A stretch of 64,000 nt of DNA, from positions 14,969,974-15,033,973 of the forward strand of contig OZ316899.1 in the NCBI GenBank assembly GCA_973895155.1, written 5' to 3'. The stretch comes from Marsupella aquatica (taxonomy: Eukaryota > Plantae > Marchantiophyta). Under the pieces are notes generated by a model, which searched no databases, was not told the origin of the DNA, and worked only from the letters and a program-made list of their open reading frames with translations. The position numbers and the translations under genes were made by a program. This document shows, piece by piece, positions 61,163 through 64,000 of this stretch. How positions within the stretch are numbered: position 1 is the first letter of the stretch; each line of letters opens with the position of its first letter.

Positions 61163-64000
61163 GTGCAAAGGGTACATAGCCAAGGGGTGCCTACAACAGC
61201 TGAAGGTATGGATCAAGCAAATGAGGATGGACAATTGGGGCAAAGGAATCAGAGACATACCAATGAACTGCGACTCCCTTTGCATCACCCACTGAGGATT
61301 ACACGTCATGACTCCAAGTTGTGGAATAGAGAGGTGCTTAGAGCAAGCCGGGGCAGAAATGCCCGGATGAGATGCCCCTGCATGCAATGTCAAGGATACC
61401 ACTCGATGACCCTGAACCAAGTGCATTCTCATCTTCAAAGGCATGGAAGACATCCAATCCGCAGGGTGTGGAATGTGCCAGAGGAAGAGGATTGATTGGA
61501 TGATGAATGGAGAGCAGATTTTGAAAATGTGAATACAGCAAGACGCTCTGCATTCTTTCATAACGTCACTGGTCATGCAGGCAACAATGCCGAAGATGAG
61601 TATGTTCCACAGGGAGGTCCCGAGACTTCTAATGAGGATGGGGCAGATGTTCCTAGGATGGTTTCGGACATTTTTCAAGACCTGGATGCACTTTATGAAG
61701 ATGCAGAGGCACAGGGGGACGAAGAACCAGACATGCAAGGTGCAGATCCATCGGACCAAGAAGAGTTTGACATTGGAGAAGGAGCTGGAGATGATGGTCA
61801 ATTCTTGGGAACTCGGGCCTACTTGGAGGAAGCTACGTCCCCATTGTATGGTGGTGCAAATTGCTCCAAACTAGGGTTCATAGTGATGTTCCTCAATATA
61901 TGTGGATGTCACCTTGTGCCCAACATATGTGTAACAGAGTTGTTGATGTTCCTACAGAGGACAGTACTACCCGCTAGAAACATTGCTCCTAAGAACATGT
62001 ATGAGGCAAAGAAGGTGATGAGCAAACTTGGTTTGAATTATGTGTCCATCCATGCATGCCCAGATGGCCATGTACTTTTCAGAAAAGAATATGTTGATTG
62101 CCTATCGTGCCCTATCTGCGGAAAGCACAGATATAAGAACGTGGGGAAGTCAACTCAACCTGCTAAGGTCCTACGGCATTTCCCTCTCATTCCAAGATTG
62201 CAGCGCCTCTATAGGTGTCCATCCATTTCTAAGATGATGACTTGGACCTCTGATCAGAAGAGTACAGATGGTTTGCAACATCACGTTGGAGATTCCAACC
62301 ACTGGAAGTACATAGATGAGAAGTGGCCGGACTTTGCAGCAGAGAGCAGAAATGTGAGGTTTGGTCTAAGCCTTGACGGTGCTAATCCTTTTGGAGACAA
62401 GAACAACGTGTATTCTTGCTGGCCAGTGACTTTGATAAATTATAATCTCCCGCCTTGGATATCCACCAAGCGTTTTTTTGTGATCTTGTGTCTTATGATT
62501 CCCGGCCCAAACTCTGCTATAAGTGCAAACATAGATGTTTGGTTGGCCCCTGCGGTGGAGGAATGGGTTACTCTATGGACACATGGAGTTATGACAGTTG
62601 ATGCACTTTGTGGACCTGGTAGACCGAGGACATTCGACCTACGTGCAATGTGTGTTAATTCAATAGCAGACTACCCTGGACATAGCATGATATCTGGGCA
62701 GGTAGGGAAGGGATATCTGGGTTGCACATGATGTGGCCCAGATGTTACATCTGAACAGTCCGTTTCCTTGGGCAGTATCAAATTCCAGGGCCACAGGCGA
62801 TATCTTCCTGCCGACCACCCTTTCAGGCACAGGCAATCCCACATAGCCCGCTTCAACAACCAGAGGGAGCTTTGAGAGTCTCCTGTGTTGGTTAGTAGAG
62901 ACCAACTTCTGCAGTGGGGACTGAACAAGGTGTCTTATGATGAATATGGTGCTTGTAGAGACGTGCCAGACGACCCAGCAAAGACTCATGGCATCAAAAG
63001 GCAGACAATGATGAACACATCATTGGAGTATTGGAAGGTAACATTTGCATATTCACTTGTACTCAGCGAACCTCTTCAGATCCTATGCACAACAGTTTTT
63101 AGTTCTTGTGTCTGAACCTAATTGTGGCAATCATGCGTACTTCATGGGTGCAGGATTTTGAGCCAAGCAAACATAACATTGATGTAATGCACATTGAGAA
63201 GAATGTATGCAAAAGTCTTTTGAAGTTTCTGTCGGGGGACAACGATACTGCAGCAGTACGAAAGGACCTTCAGGAGAAGGGCATTCGTCCTCAACTTTGG
63301 CTGCAAGAATCCCAGAATAGGCCGGGTGTGGTTTTCAAGGACCAAGCTCCATATGTTTGCACCCAGAACGAGTGGAACATAGTTTTGTCTAGGCTGAGTT
63401 CGTTCAGAGTACCCTCTGGGTACGCTAGAGCCTTTGCAAAGCATATAAGGAAGAAGAAGTTGGGAAGCATGAAAACTCATGACTTCCATGTTATGATGCA
63501 AGACATTCTACCAGTATGTCTGAGGGGATTGATGCAAAACCCAGTTCGCAATGTCATTTTGAGACTGTGTCAGATCTTTCGTCGTATTTGTGTGAAGGTG
63601 TGGGACCCTACAACATTTCCTCAGTTAAAGGCAGATACTGTGCGTGTGCTTTGTGACTTGGAGATTTATTTCCCTCCAGCATTTTTTGATGTCATGACTC
63701 ATTTGATCATCCATGCGGTTGAAGATCTAGGCCACTACGGCCCAGTGAGTACAAGGTGGATGTATCCGATGGAACGGTACATGAAGTTGCTAAAAGGCCA
63801 TGTACATACTTATTACAGGCCTCAAGCAAGCATGGCTCTTGGTTACATTCAAGAAGAGACCTTGGGGTTCCTTACAGAGTACATGGCTGGTGTAGATAGT
63901 GTTAGGAGCAGGGTGTGGGATGCTGAGGAAGAAGAGGGGGTGGCTGGAGAGGTTCTTCAAGGCGCTTTTACTTCCTTGCAATTGTCTGCAGAAGTTCGTG
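61163..64000 (+). pseudogene. CACTA TnpD transposase of B with in-frame stops
   Basis: RMRCPCMQC; RNVRFGLSLDGANPF; MKTHDFHVMMQ; RWMYPMERYM. Stops at 61493, 62729 and ~62873; intron ~63038-63152. Confidence 0.93.

Larger units (their letters stand above)
55060..64000 (+). mobile_element. CACTA transposon B with PHD and BRCT cargo; runs off the window end
   Basis: CACTAGTAGAAA at 55060-55071; PHD > BRCT > TnpD order. Confidence 0.92.

Overview
Eukaryotic, plant-type transposon-dense window (GT-AG introns, no recognisable host gene; a seed-free plant lineage is possible but only inferred). It is a nest of three element classes. (1) At least four CACTA/En-Spm DNA transposons or fragments. Two divergent copies (A: 4489-15946, minus; B: 55060->64000, plus) share a CACTAGTAGAAA terminus and the order TIR > PHD-finger gene > tandem-BRCT gene > TnpD transposase; A also has an F-box ORF. 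A third (C) carries TnpA and a minimal SET-domain gene. A fourth (D) carries an antisense single-BRCT gene. (2) A non-chromovirus Ty3/gypsy family whose ~4.7 kb LTR itself encodes a ~1,200 aa protein. It is present as a TSD-flanked solo LTR, a damaged full element, nested LTR pieces and diverged relatives. (3) Decayed LINE fragments and a small MITE. The two strongest candidates for new biology are the CACTA chromatin/repair cargo set (EDM2-like PHD, Pol-lambda-like BRCT, SET, F-box, plus element-specific CpG-motif clusters) and the protein-coding LTR. All domain assignments come from motifs read by eye and sequences recalled from memory; no search was run.
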